DNA of 56,134 nucleotides from Candidatus Moranbacteria bacterium GW2011_GWC2_40_12 (GCA_000995965.1 LBYD01000002.1:336563-392696); one strand, 5' to 3'; shown: positions 25,188 to 35,066, counted from the stretch's first letter. Notes: generated from the letters alone by a model not told the origin. Numbers and translations are program-made.

Positions 25188-25278
25188 CGGAAGGGGAGGG
25201 ATTCGAACCCTCGATACGGTTTTAACTCCGTATAACAGGTTAGCAACCTATCGCTTTCAGCCGCTCAGCCACCCTTCC
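25188..25278 (-). tRNA. tRNA-Ser (anticodon GCU)
   Basis: The reverse complement is GGAAGGGTGGCTGAGCGGCTGAAAGCGATAGGTTGCTAACCTGT..., followed by a long variable arm, then GAGGGTTCGAATCCCTCCCCTTCCG. Confidence 0.85.
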
Positions 25279-25285
25279 ACGTTAT

Positions 25286-26293
25286 TCATTTTTGGATCTT
25301 TTCGAGGTGTTTTTTGTTATTTGATCCGACAATTTTGAAATATTTCAGGACATTTTGCTTATTTTCAACCTTGATTTCTTTATTCTTACATATTCTAGGC
25401 TTTAATCCAATATTTTTCAAGATCCTGAAAACCGTATGGAGAAGTGGCGGAGATAAGCTACAAAAAGATAATTTCTGATAACGGTAAATCTTTTTATTGA
25501 CGACGTATGTATGTTTATAGACAGACCCGTCAGTATCAATAAGTCCGCGTAAGCAGGCGATTTCATATTTCTTGTTTCGTTTTATCCATATCGGAATATC
25601 GATTTTTTGTTTCACTTTATTGCCTATTTTCAACCCCATTTTTTGCGTAAGATAATCAACCAACTCCGTGCGAGATATTACAATTGTATCAGCTTTGCTT
25701 TTGGGATCCGAATATAATCCAGGAAAAACACTAAACAGGTCCGTAATCATTTTATTCACAAAACTAATATAGTCTTGATCAGTTTCGCGATTCAATGAAA
25801 TTGAAACTTGTCGCATGCTTATGCCGCCGTCTCCGAGGATAATGCCGACAAATTCTGCGAGCTTAGCGGAAAATGACGGTTTTTTTATCGGAAGTCGTTT
25901 GCTAATAATGGGATGTTGCTTGAATTTACCTTCCTTTTCCCACCATTCCCGCCATTTTCTCTTTCTAGCATTTGGATCACCTCCAATAAATTTGTATTTC
26001 TTTAAAACAGCAAGTCCGCCTTTTCGGGCGCCTTTTTTTGCGTACCAATAAGGAGAAAGCAATTCAATGTTTTTGGGAAAACTTAGATTCGCTTTTTTGC
26101 AGATAATTTTGACTATATTCAGGGGAACAGTAATCTTCTCTCTTTTCCAATCCGAAAGATTTCTTTCGCTTATTTTAAGCAATTTGGCGAGTTCACGCCA
26201 ATCTAAACCAAGCTTATTTTTTGCAGTAAAAAGAAAATCTCGTTGCTTGTTTCTGGTGAATTTGACTCTTTTAGATTTATACCTTTCAGCCAT
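25286..26293 (-). CDS. Free-standing double-motif LAGLIDADG endonuclease-like protein with an N-terminal HTH region
   Basis: FVGIILGDGGIS and CLRGLIDTDGSVYKH motifs. The N-terminus LDWRELAKLLKISERNLSDWKREK is HTH-like. The stop codon is 8 nt from tRNA-Ser. Confidence 0.8.
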   Translation of the reverse strand: MAERYKSKRVKFTRNKQRDFLFTAKNKLGLDWRELAKLLKISERNLSDWKREKITVPLNIVKIICKKANLSFPKNIELLSPYWYAKKGARKGGLAVLKKYKFIGGDPNARKRKWREWWEKEGKFKQHPIISKRLPIKKPSFSAKLAEFVGIILGDGGISMRQVSISLNRETDQDYISFVNKMITDLFSVFPGLYSDPKSKADTIVISRTELVDYLTQKMGLKIGNKVKQKIDIPIWIKRNKKYEIACLRGLIDTDGSVYKHTYVVNKKIYRYQKLSFCSLSPPLLHTVFRILKNIGLKPRICKNKEIKVENKQNVLKYFKIVGSNNKKHLEKIQK

Positions 26294-26332
26294 ATCTCCA
26301 TATTAAACCAACTTATCTTTTCAGTCAATCTC

Positions 26333-27067
26333 TTATTTTTTCAATGTCTGCCTTGCGATGACAACCGCGATTACTTTTTTCACCCCGCTTTCTTTCAGCG
26401 TTTTTGCGCATTCTTCCAAAGTTGCCCCGGTTGTCGCGATATCATCAATGAGATAAACTGTTTTGCCTTTGATGTTATCAAAGACGGCGCCGGATCTCAT
26501 CTTGAACAGGTTCCGGACATTTTCCAACCGGTCCTGATAATTTCCAAGTTCCATCTGCGGCTTGTTATATTTTCTTCGCTCCAAAATGTCCAAGACCGGA
26601 ATTTTGAGAGGGGGCGCCAGGTTTTGTGAAATATATTCGGCGAGGAGAAGCGCCTGATTGAAGCCTCGCCAGCGGAGCCGCCTGGGGTGAAGAGGCACCG
26701 GAATGATCGCCCGAGGCAGGGGAATATGGTGCGAAAGCAGGGCTTTTGTCTGGAGCCGGGCCAATGGTTCGGAAAGACTGAACACAAAACGATATTTAAA
26801 ATAGTGAACCATCTTTTTTACATTCTGGTTTTCGTAGGAAACGGAGGAAATCAAGGCGTCCAGCAGAAACTTTCGGCCGGTCTGGCAGGAAATGCAAAGA
26901 AAACCGGAAACAGTGGTTTTATTTTCACAGGCCGGGCAAATTTGTTCGCGCCGGAGGGGAATCCCTCGGAAACATTCTTCGCAAAGCCAGCAATCGTTTT
27001 TCCGGCAGCCGAGGCAGATTACCGGGAATAGAGTGTCAAGGATAATTTTTTTGATTTTTCCGATCAT
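26333..27067 (-). CDS. comFC: ComF-family phosphoribosyltransferase-fold competence protein
   Basis: N-terminal CxxC x4 zinc-finger region (CLGC...CEEC...CPAC...CISC) and the PRT motif VYLIDDIATTGATLEE. Confidence 0.8.
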   Translation of the reverse strand: MIGKIKKIILDTLFPVICLGCRKNDCWLCEECFRGIPLRREQICPACENKTTVSGFLCISCQTGRKFLLDALISSVSYENQNVKKMVHYFKYRFVFSLSEPLARLQTKALLSHHIPLPRAIIPVPLHPRRLRWRGFNQALLLAEYISQNLAPPLKIPVLDILERRKYNKPQMELGNYQDRLENVRNLFKMRSGAVFDNIKGKTVYLIDDIATTGATLEECAKTLKESGVKKVIAVVIARQTLKK

Positions 27068-27303
27068 TTCCTATATTTTCGTTCCAACTTTTGCTCACAT
27101 GAAACTTTTCAAATGCATTATACCTGAAATTGGAGCATTATTCCCGCGGCGGGTTGTGCTCTTTTGCGAAATATGGTAATATTAGCTTACTGAAAAGTTA
27201 TTCAAGAATACAAAAATAAAATGAAATCCGCGGAATCAAAAAATTCTTTTGGTTATTGTATTTTATTTAGGGTGGGGTGATTTTTTGCCTTGCTTTTTAT
27301 TTT

Positions 27304-28392
27304 ATGTTTGGTTTATTTTCCGGAAAAAATAGATCCCTTGGAATCGATGTCGGCACAACGGGCATAAAAATTGTCGAACTTCGAAAGGAAAACAACGTTC
27401 CGGTGCTTTCGAATTATGCTCTTTCGTATGATTCTGGATCGATTCTCCAGCTAAATGGTTTGGAAATTCTTGAAGGACAGACCGAGAAAATTCTTCAAAA
27501 TGTCTTGAAAAAAGGGGAATTTGGAACAAAAAGGGCGGTTGTAGGCATACCGAGCTTTTTATCTCTGATCTCTTTCATTGAGCTTCCAGAAATGCCGGCA
27601 TCCGAAATCGAAAAAGCCATTCATTTTGAGGCGGCCAAGTTTATTCCGTCACCGATCGAAGAAGTCAATCTTGGCTGGGAGGTGATCGGAAGCTACCAGG
27701 AAAGGCCGGTAGACGGAGGCCAGCCAATTCGCGGAGGACAAAAGATGCAAATTATGGTGGTAACAGTTCCCAATTCGGCTGTCACGAGGCTTTCTTCGGC
27801 GGTGGCCGATTCGCATATCAGCGTCGTAGCCATGGAAGTTGAAAATTTCGCTACTGTGCGCTGTCTCATTGGAAATGACAAGGGTACCTTTATGATCGTG
27901 AATATCGGAGCGAAGGCAACAGACTTTACCGTTGTGAGCGACGGAGTTATCCGTATGACACGGAGCATTGATGTTGGCGGAGCGGAAATATCAAGAGCCA
28001 TTGCCAGCGGCTTGGGCGTGGATATTCAGAGAGCCGATCGAATCAAAAAATCGGGCCAAGTGGATCTTCTCGATGCCAAAGAAAAAATTTCTTCTCTTGT
28101 CAAGCCCGTCGTTGGAATGATTACCGATGAAATAAAGAGGCTGCAAGAATTATATCACAAAAAAAATTCACTTAGTAAAATTGAAAAAATAATCTTTACC
28201 GGGGGAACCTCCAAGCTCACGACTCTCGTTGACTATTTTTCAAAACAACTTTCTCTGGAGTGTCAAAAAGGAAATTCTCTGGCAAGGGTCGGAGTGAGAA
28301 AAGACCACCAGGAATTGGCGCAGGAGGTGGCGCCTGAACTTACGGTCGCGATCGGTCTGGCTCTGCGCGGGCTGGAATCGCCGTCAAAATAA
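27304..28392 (+). CDS. pilM: Type IV pilus assembly ATPase-fold protein PilM
   Basis: Actin-like fold signature SLGIDVGTTGIKIVEL...IVNIGAKATDFTVV...IIFTGGTSKL. Confidence 0.8.
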   Translation: MFGLFSGKNRSLGIDVGTTGIKIVELRKENNVPVLSNYALSYDSGSILQLNGLEILEGQTEKILQNVLKKGEFGTKRAVVGIPSFLSLISFIELPEMPASEIEKAIHFEAAKFIPSPIEEVNLGWEVIGSYQERPVDGGQPIRGGQKMQIMVVTVPNSAVTRLSSAVADSHISVVAMEVENFATVRCLIGNDKGTFMIVNIGAKATDFTVVSDGVIRMTRSIDVGGAEISRAIASGLGVDIQRADRIKKSGQVDLLDAKEKISSLVKPVVGMITDEIKRLQELYHKKNSLSKIEKIIFTGGTSKLTTLVDYFSKQLSLECQKGNSLARVGVRKDHQELAQEVAPELTVAIGLALRGLESPSK

Positions 28393-28470
28393 TATTCCAT
28401 CGGTTGCCCTGAATCGGGCAAATATGGTAAGATTAATAAAACCTCCTAATACCTAAAACAAAATAAAAAT

Positions 28471-29022
28471 ATGGTAACCAATATCAATCTTGCCGCTCCC
28501 GAAAGTGAAAATAAAGTGAGCCTGTCTGGAAAATCTTCCCTTATTTTTTCGGTTCTGCTTCTTCTGGCCGCGATTGGGGCGTACGCAGTCCCCAGCTATC
28601 TTTCCAGTCATTATCTCAACCAGAAAAATCAAATTGAAAAACAGATCAAGACAGAGAACGAGAAAATATCCGGCCCGGAATATCTTGAAATGGCTGATTT
28701 CCAGGAAAGACTGGGTCTTATTGAAAAAATTTTGGTTGACCATGTGTATTTCGACGGCTACGTGAAAACTTTCAGCAAATATATTCTTCCGGAAGTGCGT
28801 CTGACGAATTTTGAATGGAAAAGGGAGGGGAGCGAGGTCAATGTGTCAGGCATCGCAACGAACTTTGACGCTCTTTCAAAGGAATTGATTCTTCTCAAAA
28901 ATTCGCCAATTATCCAGGCAGTTGAATTCAAAAATGCAACGGAGTCCTCGGGTTCGGAGGGGCAGGGCGGTGTGAAATTTGATCTGACGGCAAAAATAAA
29001 AAAGGAAGCTATAAATAAATAA
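28471..29022 (+). CDS. PilN-like bitopic pilus assembly protein
   Basis: A single N-terminal TM segment followed by a coiled coil, positioned directly after pilM. Confidence 0.5.
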   Translation: MVTNINLAAPESENKVSLSGKSSLIFSVLLLLAAIGAYAVPSYLSSHYLNQKNQIEKQIKTENEKISGPEYLEMADFQERLGLIEKILVDHVYFDGYVKTFSKYILPEVRLTNFEWKREGSEVNVSGIATNFDALSKELILLKNSPIIQAVEFKNATESSGSEGQGGVKFDLTAKIKKEAINK

Positions 29023-29059
29023 AATCGTCTTTTCCAAAAAAGAAAAGGCCTCAAAAAAA

Positions 29060-29896
29060 ATGGCAATAAAATCATCACTCGGAGTGAAAGTTCTCATCCT
29101 TCCGCTCTCACTGGCTATGGTCGTGGTGATACTGATTATCTTTGCTAAGCCTGCCTTTGATAGCATGAAGGCGAATCGGAAGGCGCTTGCAGACAGCCAG
29201 AAAAAGCTGTCGGACCTCCAGTCGCAAACCCGAAAATTGAGCGAGCTCAAGGAAGCCTTTGAAACTTTTGAAGAAAAGAAAATCATAGCCGCAGCTCTGC
29301 CGGAAAATGAGAGTCCGGAAGATTATTTGAATGAACTTTATCAAAGAGCTTCAAGAAGCGGAGTGCTGATTTCCAGTTTCACGGCTGCTACCAAAAAAGG
29401 CTCGTCAGGTGAACTGGCCTATATTTGCGGCGCAGATGCGGCATCCTCTGGAAGCACAACCGGAGCGGCTTCCGCAGGAGCGTCTGCCGGACTTGCCAAT
29501 CCCTCCGCATCCGGTTCCGGCGCAGAGTCGGCTGCTTCCGCTTGTGTCCAGTTTTCATCCATTGATATTTCCGTGGAAGGAAATTGGGAACAGCTTCTCA
29601 ATTTCTATAAGTATCTGGCCGATTCAAACAGGGTTGCCAATGTGGCGCAAATATCAATCAGTCCCCAGGGACAATCAACATCCGAAGGCTCAAGCTCGGA
29701 CTTGCTGAACAGCACGATAACCCTTGACGTGTTTTATAGGTCGAAAATAAAAACCAGCAGTCCGGAAGCTGTCAAGATACTGGCGAGCGGATCTGGATTC
29801 AACCAGGGCCTAATCAAGAAAATAAAGGAGGTTGTTTACGCTCCGTATGAAGAGCCGGTTGTTTCCGAAACAGGCGAAAGGAATTTTTTCAAATAA
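29060..29896 (+). CDS. PilO-like bitopic protein with an Ala/Ser/Gly low-complexity insertion
   Basis: TM segment, then coiled coil (KALADSQKKLSDLQSQTRKLSELKE), then GSTTGAASAGASAGLANPSASGSGAESAASA. The call is based on position. Confidence 0.4.
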   Translation: MAIKSSLGVKVLILPLSLAMVVVILIIFAKPAFDSMKANRKALADSQKKLSDLQSQTRKLSELKEAFETFEEKKIIAAALPENESPEDYLNELYQRASRSGVLISSFTAATKKGSSGELAYICGADAASSGSTTGAASAGASAGLANPSASGSGAESAASACVQFSSIDISVEGNWEQLLNFYKYLADSNRVANVAQISISPQGQSTSEGSSSDLLNSTITLDVFYRSKIKTSSPEAVKILASGSGFNQGLIKKIKEVVYAPYEEPVVSETGERNFFK

Positions 29897-29946
29897 TTTT
29901 TGAAAATATTCATCCGGTTTCCAAAAATTGATTCTTACAAATCGAA

Positions 29947-31560
29947 ATGCCAGTTAAAAGCAAAAATGTTCAGGATAAGAAAACAAAGGAAGAAAAGCTA
30001 GAATGGGAGAACCTTAACATAACTCCCGAAGTTGTCGGTTTGGTGCCATATGAAGCGGCAAAAAAATACCGCTTCGTTCCTCTCGAAAAAGACGGACAAA
30101 CGCTGCGAGTCGGCGTTGTGGAGATGGATGACATCGAAGTGCAAAACGCCCTTCAATTCCTGGCTGAGAAAAATCAGCTGAGCGTAGAGATGATAAAGAT
30201 ATCCGAAAAGGATTTCAAGTCATCTCTTGGCGCTTATACCAGTCCGACCTTCACAATTTCCAAAGCTCTTGAATCGTACAGCCAGCAGGAAACAAGCGGG
30301 AAAATCGAAGAAAAAAAAGATGAAAAGGAAACAGAGGACATTATCCGCGATGCGCCCGTTGCAAAAATAGTCGAGGTGATTCTCCGAAACGCGATCGAAG
30401 GGATGGCCAGCGATATCCATGTCGAGCCGCTTGAGGATTATGTGCGGGTGAGATACCGCCAGGATGGAGTATTGCATAATTCACTGATGCTTCCGAAGAA
30501 AATAGGCCCGGCGATTGTTTCCCGGGTGAAAATTCTCTCCAACCTCAAAATCGACGAGCGCCGCAAACCGCAGGATGGACGGTTCCGGATAATCGAGAAG
30601 GGAAAACAGATTGATTTTAGGGTTTCCTCTCTTCCCGTGTCCATGGGGGAAAAAGTGGTCATGAGAGTGTTGGATAAGGAGCAAGGCCTGATTAGCCTTG
30701 AGGATCTGGGAATACAAGGGAGGAATTTTGACATAATCAAGAAAAGCATATTCGAACCGTTCGGGATGATTTTGGTCACCGGACCAACCGGCTCCGGAAA
30801 ATCAACCACTCTTTATTCAATTCTTCAAATACTCAATAAGGAGGGTGTAAACATAGTCACGCTGGAAGATCCGGTAGAATATGCAATCGAAGGAATAAAT
30901 CAAAGCCAAGTGAAACCTGAAATAGGATATTCCTTCGCGACAGGGCTGCGTTCCATATTGAGGCAGGATCCCGATGTGATAATGGTCGGAGAAATTCGGG
31001 ACAAAGAAACAGCTGAACTAGCGGTTCACGCCGCTCTGACCGGACATGTTGTTCTTTCCACCCTTCATACAAACGATTCTATCGGGGCGATTCCGCGGCT
31101 TGTGGATATGGGAGTTGAGCCGTTTCTGGTCTCTTCGTCGCTGCGAGTCGTGATAGCCCAAAGGCTGGTGAGAAGAATCTGCAAACATTGCAAGGAAGAG
31201 GTCAAAATGTCGGAAGCGGCGAAGGCTGGCATCGAAAAAATCCTGTCAGAAGTGTCCGACAGCAACAGAAAAAGCCTTGACTTGCCCGCGGAAATAAAAA
31301 TGTATAAAGGAAAAGGCTGTCCCCAGTGCGGAGGCACAGGCGCGAAAGGAAGAGTCGGTCTCTATGAGGTTTTGTATGTCGATGAGCAGATGGCGAATCT
31401 CCTGGGGGATAAAATTGACGAGGACGAAATCCGAAAGGCGGCTATGGCGCAAGGAATGATTTTGATGAAGCAGGATGGCATAGCTAAAGTCGTCAAGGGC
31501 CTTACGACGCTGGCGGAAGTGGAAAGAGTAACAGAGGAGGGTTATTTAGAAATAGAATAA
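29947..31560 (+). CDS. pilB: Type IV pilus assembly ATPase PilB (GspE family)
   Basis: Walker A GPTGSGKSTT, Asp/His boxes, and the tetracysteine CKHC...CPQCGGTG. Confidence 0.9.
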   Translation: MPVKSKNVQDKKTKEEKLEWENLNITPEVVGLVPYEAAKKYRFVPLEKDGQTLRVGVVEMDDIEVQNALQFLAEKNQLSVEMIKISEKDFKSSLGAYTSPTFTISKALESYSQQETSGKIEEKKDEKETEDIIRDAPVAKIVEVILRNAIEGMASDIHVEPLEDYVRVRYRQDGVLHNSLMLPKKIGPAIVSRVKILSNLKIDERRKPQDGRFRIIEKGKQIDFRVSSLPVSMGEKVVMRVLDKEQGLISLEDLGIQGRNFDIIKKSIFEPFGMILVTGPTGSGKSTTLYSILQILNKEGVNIVTLEDPVEYAIEGINQSQVKPEIGYSFATGLRSILRQDPDVIMVGEIRDKETAELAVHAALTGHVVLSTLHTNDSIGAIPRLVDMGVEPFLVSSSLRVVIAQRLVRRICKHCKEEVKMSEAAKAGIEKILSEVSDSNRKSLDLPAEIKMYKGKGCPQCGGTGAKGRVGLYEVLYVDEQMANLLGDKIDEDEIRKAAMAQGMILMKQDGIAKVVKGLTTLAEVERVTEEGYLEIE

Positions 31561-31640
31561 TTTATCCTTCGTCACTTTTTTCTCAATTGCCGAAATCAAG
31601 GAAATAAATTGAGCAAAAAGTGGCGAGGGATGAGCATCAA

Positions 31641-32015
31641 ATGAACAAAAAGAAAATTATCATCGTGGAGGACGATAACTTCGTGGCAGAAGTCTATTCA
31701 ACCAAGCTCTTGGAAATGGGTCACGAGGTCCGGATTGCCCAAAACGGGGAAGAAGGCCTCAAAATGGTTGGGGAAGAAAAGCCCGACCTTATCCTTCTTG
31801 ATATTATTATGCCCGTTATGGGTGGGATCGAAATGCTTTCGGCGCTCAGAGAAAAAGAAGATTGGAAACAGATCCCGGTGATTCTTCTCACGAATGTGGG
31901 AGAAAAGGAAAGCGTTCAGAAAGTAAGGAGTCTCGGGGTTCAGGATTATCTAATAAAGTCGCATTTCACGCCCGCCGAGGTGATCGAAAAAATCGAGAAC
32001 ATTCTGGGGAAATAA
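31641..32015 (+). CDS. Stand-alone response-regulator receiver domain (CheY/PilH-like)
   Basis: KIIIVEDD, DLILLDIIMPVMGG, LLTN, K at IKSHF. There is no output domain. Confidence 0.8.
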   Translation: MNKKKIIIVEDDNFVAEVYSTKLLEMGHEVRIAQNGEEGLKMVGEEKPDLILLDIIMPVMGGIEMLSALREKEDWKQIPVILLTNVGEKESVQKVRSLGVQDYLIKSHFTPAEVIEKIENILGK

Positions 32016-32016
32016 T

Positions 32017-32146
32017 TTTTACGAATTACGAATCTCTCGTGAATATAAGAACGCAAAGAATTCGTAATCAGTACATTCGCAGAGCGAAGCGCCCGCCTGC
32101 AACGCTTTGCTCAGCAATGCGGGCAGGTATTCGTAATTTGTAAAGA
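32017..32146 (-). repeat. 130-nt MITE-like element, copy 1 (inverted relative to copy 2)
   Basis: The reverse complement is about 92% identical (about 10 mismatches in 128 nt, hand alignment) to 42190-42320. Termini are TACGAATTACGAAT / ATTCGTAATTCGTA. There is an internal GC-rich hairpin gcccgc...gcgggc. Confidence 0.85.
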
Positions 32147-32151
32147 ACATC

Positions 32152-33228
32152 ATGGAAAACAGAACGCAAACCGAAACAAAATTCATGAGTTATCTTGAAA
32201 TTGTGGCCAGCCAAAACGCCTCTGACCTTCATTTGTGCGTGGGCCGTCCGCCGATTATCCGGATTGACGGAAAGCTTTTTCCGGTTGCCGGGGAAGAGAA
32301 GCTGTCCGATCAGGCCATGATTGATATCACGAAAGCAATTCTGAATGAAGAACAGCAGAAAAAGTTTCAGGACGCAAAGCAGATTGATTTTTCTGTCGAC
32401 CTTCACGGGAAAGCCCGCTTCCGGGCCAATATCTATTATCAAAAAGGGACAATCAGTGCTGCTTTCCGGCTGATTCCCACAAAAATAAAAACGCTTGACG
32501 AGCTCAATCTGCCGCCGGCTCTTTATGAACTCACCAAGCCGTCCCAGGGTTTTGTCCTTATCACCGGACCTTGCGGCCACGGAAAATCAACGACGATGGC
32601 GGCGCTTATCGATCAGATCAACCATTCGCGCCAGGATCATATCATCACGATCGAAGATCCGATTGAGTATATTTTTGACCCGGATATGTGTATAATTGAC
32701 CAAAGGGAAATTTTTCAGGACGCGACGGCTTTTGGAACGGCTCTCCGGGCGGTTTTCCGGGAGGACGCGGACGTCGTGATGGTTGGCGAGATGCGCGACC
32801 TTGAAACCATCAGTACCGCTATCACGGCGGCGGAAACGGGCCATTTGATTTTCGCGACGCTCCACACCAATGATGCCGCCCAAACCATCGATCGGATGGT
32901 GGATGTGTTCCCGTCCCATCAGCAAAACCAGATTCGAATGCAGCTGGCCCAGACTCTTCTCGGGATTGTTTCCCAAAGGCTGGTCGGCCGGACGGACGGC
33001 GGGAGAGTTCCAGCCGTGGAAATCCTCTACAATTCGAACGCAGTCGCCAACCTCATCCGGGAAGGGAAAACTCACCAGATAAACCTTGTTATTGAAACAT
33101 CCCGCGAGCAGGGGATGGTTTCTCTCAACAATTCTCTGGCGGAACTTGTGAAAAGGGGAATAGTTTCATTTGAAGAAGCCGAAACCTACTCGACAAACCG
33201 GGAAGAACTGAAGATATTGCTTAGATAA
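32152..33228 (+). CDS. pilT: Twitching-motility (retraction) ATPase PilT
   Basis: ASDLHL, GPCGHGKSTT, the Asp box, and ATLHTNDAAQTIDR. Confidence 0.9.
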   Translation: MENRTQTETKFMSYLEIVASQNASDLHLCVGRPPIIRIDGKLFPVAGEEKLSDQAMIDITKAILNEEQQKKFQDAKQIDFSVDLHGKARFRANIYYQKGTISAAFRLIPTKIKTLDELNLPPALYELTKPSQGFVLITGPCGHGKSTTMAALIDQINHSRQDHIITIEDPIEYIFDPDMCIIDQREIFQDATAFGTALRAVFREDADVVMVGEMRDLETISTAITAAETGHLIFATLHTNDAAQTIDRMVDVFPSHQQNQIRMQLAQTLLGIVSQRLVGRTDGGRVPAVEILYNSNAVANLIREGKTHQINLVIETSREQGMVSLNNSLAELVKRGIVSFEEAETYSTNREELKILLR

Positions 33229-33294
33229 TATTTACGAATTTATATTTTTTTTCCATATTCGCATATTCGTAAACGATTCGTAATTCGTAAAGAA
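33229..33294. repeat. Stop-to-start TACGAAT/ATTCGTA word palindrome
   Basis: tttacgaatttata...attcgcatattcgtaaacgattcgtaattcgtaaag fills the whole pilT-pilC spacer. Confidence 0.6.
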
Positions 33295-33297
33295 ACC

Positions 33298-34506
33298 ATG
33301 AAATACAAATACAAAGCTCGAAATCAGGCAGGAGAGGTTCAGGAAGGATTTGTCGAGGCTCTGACCATGTCAAACGCGACTCTTACTCTGCAGCAGCACA
33401 ATCTGGTGGTCGTTTCCGTCGAGCCGGTTGAGGACACATCTATTCTTTCCGGTTTTTCCCGTTACTGGGAGGGAATTTCCGCCAAGGAATTTGTCATTTT
33501 CGCAAGGCAACTGGCGGTGATGATCGAAGCCAAGGTTCCTCTCACAAATTCTTTCAAGAGCATCGCCAATCAGACAAGCAATCCCTATTTCGCGGGCATA
33601 CTGACGCAGATCCTTTCCGACATTGATGAGGGAAAATCTCTTTCCGAATGCCTCAAAAAGCATCCCAAGATTTTTTCCGATCTTTTCGTCAATATGGTCC
33701 AGTCCGGTGAAATTTCCGGAAATCTTCAGAAGACTCTTGAGGATCTCGCGAACAATATTGAAAAAAACTACACCCTCACCCAAAAAATACGGGGAGTGCT
33801 TTATTATCCGGCTTTCATTCTTTTCGCTTTTTTCGCGGTGGCTTTTGTCATGATAACGTTCGTTATTCCGAAACTCATGGAAATGATCAGAGAAACCAGC
33901 GCCACACTCCCGATCACGACCAGAATACTCATCTGGAGCGGCGATTTCATGCAAGAATGGTGGTGGGCGGTTTTGACAGCTGTTGCGGCCGGAGCTGCCG
34001 GGACTATCTTCTATTTTCGGACCGAAGACGGGCAAAAAGAGTTCGATGTCGTCAAGCTCAAAATTCCAATCGTGAACCGGGTCCTCCGCTATGTATATCT
34101 CGCGCGCTTCGCCGAAAATTTGAGCACGCTCGTGAGGTCAGGGCTTCCCATTGTGACCTCCCTCCAAATTTCCGGAAAAGTGATCGGCAACTCGCAATTT
34201 GAAAACGACATTTTGGAAGCGGCGGAAAAAGTGAAAACCGGCGGATCCATCAGCGATGTGCTTGCCAACAGACCCAATTTTCCGCCGATGATGGTCCAGA
34301 TGATCAAAGTCGGAGAAGATACGGGAAAGCTTGATATGACGCTCGAGACGATGTCGCGGTTCTATACCCGTGAAGCCGACCAGATTGTTTCGAACCTTTC
34401 ATCAATAATCGAGCCAATCCTTATTGTCATTTTGGGAGTAGGAGTCGGCACCCTGGTTTTCTCAATCATCATTCCGATATATAATATAACCACGTCGATA
34501 AAATAG
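33298..34506 (+). CDS. pilC: Type IV pilus platform protein PilC (GspF family)
   Basis: Two T2SS-F domains, with FARQLAVMIEAKVPL and FAENLSTLVRSGLPI. Confidence 0.9.
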   Translation: MKYKYKARNQAGEVQEGFVEALTMSNATLTLQQHNLVVVSVEPVEDTSILSGFSRYWEGISAKEFVIFARQLAVMIEAKVPLTNSFKSIANQTSNPYFAGILTQILSDIDEGKSLSECLKKHPKIFSDLFVNMVQSGEISGNLQKTLEDLANNIEKNYTLTQKIRGVLYYPAFILFAFFAVAFVMITFVIPKLMEMIRETSATLPITTRILIWSGDFMQEWWWAVLTAVAAGAAGTIFYFRTEDGQKEFDVVKLKIPIVNRVLRYVYLARFAENLSTLVRSGLPIVTSLQISGKVIGNSQFENDILEAAEKVKTGGSISDVLANRPNFPPMMVQMIKVGEDTGKLDMTLETMSRFYTREADQIVSNLSSIIEPILIVILGVGVGTLVFSIIIPIYNITTSIK

Positions 34507-34572
34507 GGTTTTACGAATTAGATAATTGAAATTTAAAATTAATAAAGTCTAACCTAGAAAGGCGGTGAAGAA

Positions 34573-34998
34573 ATGAAAAAAACAAAAAATTGGAAAAAGG
34601 GTTTCACGCTGGTCGAACTTCTGATCGTAATCGCGATTATCGGAATTTTGGCGGCGGTAGTGTTGATCAGCTTGGGTTCGCAAAGAGAACGGGCAAGAAA
34701 GACTGCGTTTAAACAAGGAATGGCGTCTTTGTCAGCTCCTCTATCAATCTGTCGAGATCAAGGAGGAGATATTACTGCATATGCAGAGAACCAGAGTGTC
34801 TGTAGTGATCCCGCATATGTTCCCAATGCTGATTGGCCGCCCTTTAAAGATTGCGGGACAGCACCTGCGCCAACTCCGATTGTAGTTTTGGGTAATTCTG
34901 ATTCTTGGACAGTTTCGGCGTCATGCGCAGGATCTGCGGGGCAATGTGATGCTGTTTGCAACAGTGCGGGCTGTAAATTCTCGGGTATGTGTGATTAA
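34573..34998 (+). CDS. Type IV pilin (probable major pilin)
   Basis: Prepilin leader [32 protein letters not shown]-terminal Cys residues. Followed by a strong hairpin. Confidence 0.85.
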   Translation: MKKTKNWKKGFTLVELLIVIAIIGILAAVVLISLGSQRERARKTAFKQGMASLSAPLSICRDQGGDITAYAENQSVCSDPAYVPNADWPPFKDCGTAPAPTPIVVLGNSDSWTVSASCAGSAGQCDAVCNSAGCKFSGMCD

Positions 34999-35038
34999 GT
35001 CTAGTTTATTTAATTGCTGATTTTTCATTCTCAATTCA

Positions 35039-35066
35039 GGCTTCGACAAGAAAGTCTGTCGAAGCC
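35039..35066 (+). terminator. Perfect 10-bp hairpin after the first pilin gene
   Basis: ggcttcgaca-agaaagtc-tgtcgaagcc. There is no clear T tract, so it may be an attenuator or stabiliser rather than a full terminator. Confidence 0.45.

Noticed and set aside
31862-32143. ORFs translated from the MITE-like element (also 42189..42386, and 32068..32580 in part)
   Set aside because: The same DNA occurs in both orientations in two spacers. The peptide (…IRNQYIRRAKRPPATLCSAMRAGIRNL) is just the repeat read through.
33370-34035. Long antisense ORFs inside pilC, pilT, pilD, the GT39 gene and others (for example 33370..34035, 32587..33075, 37064..37567 and 17293..17802)
   Set aside because: Each lies opposite a confidently identified gene. 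They are Arg/Ser/Pro-rich, as is typical of shadow frames.
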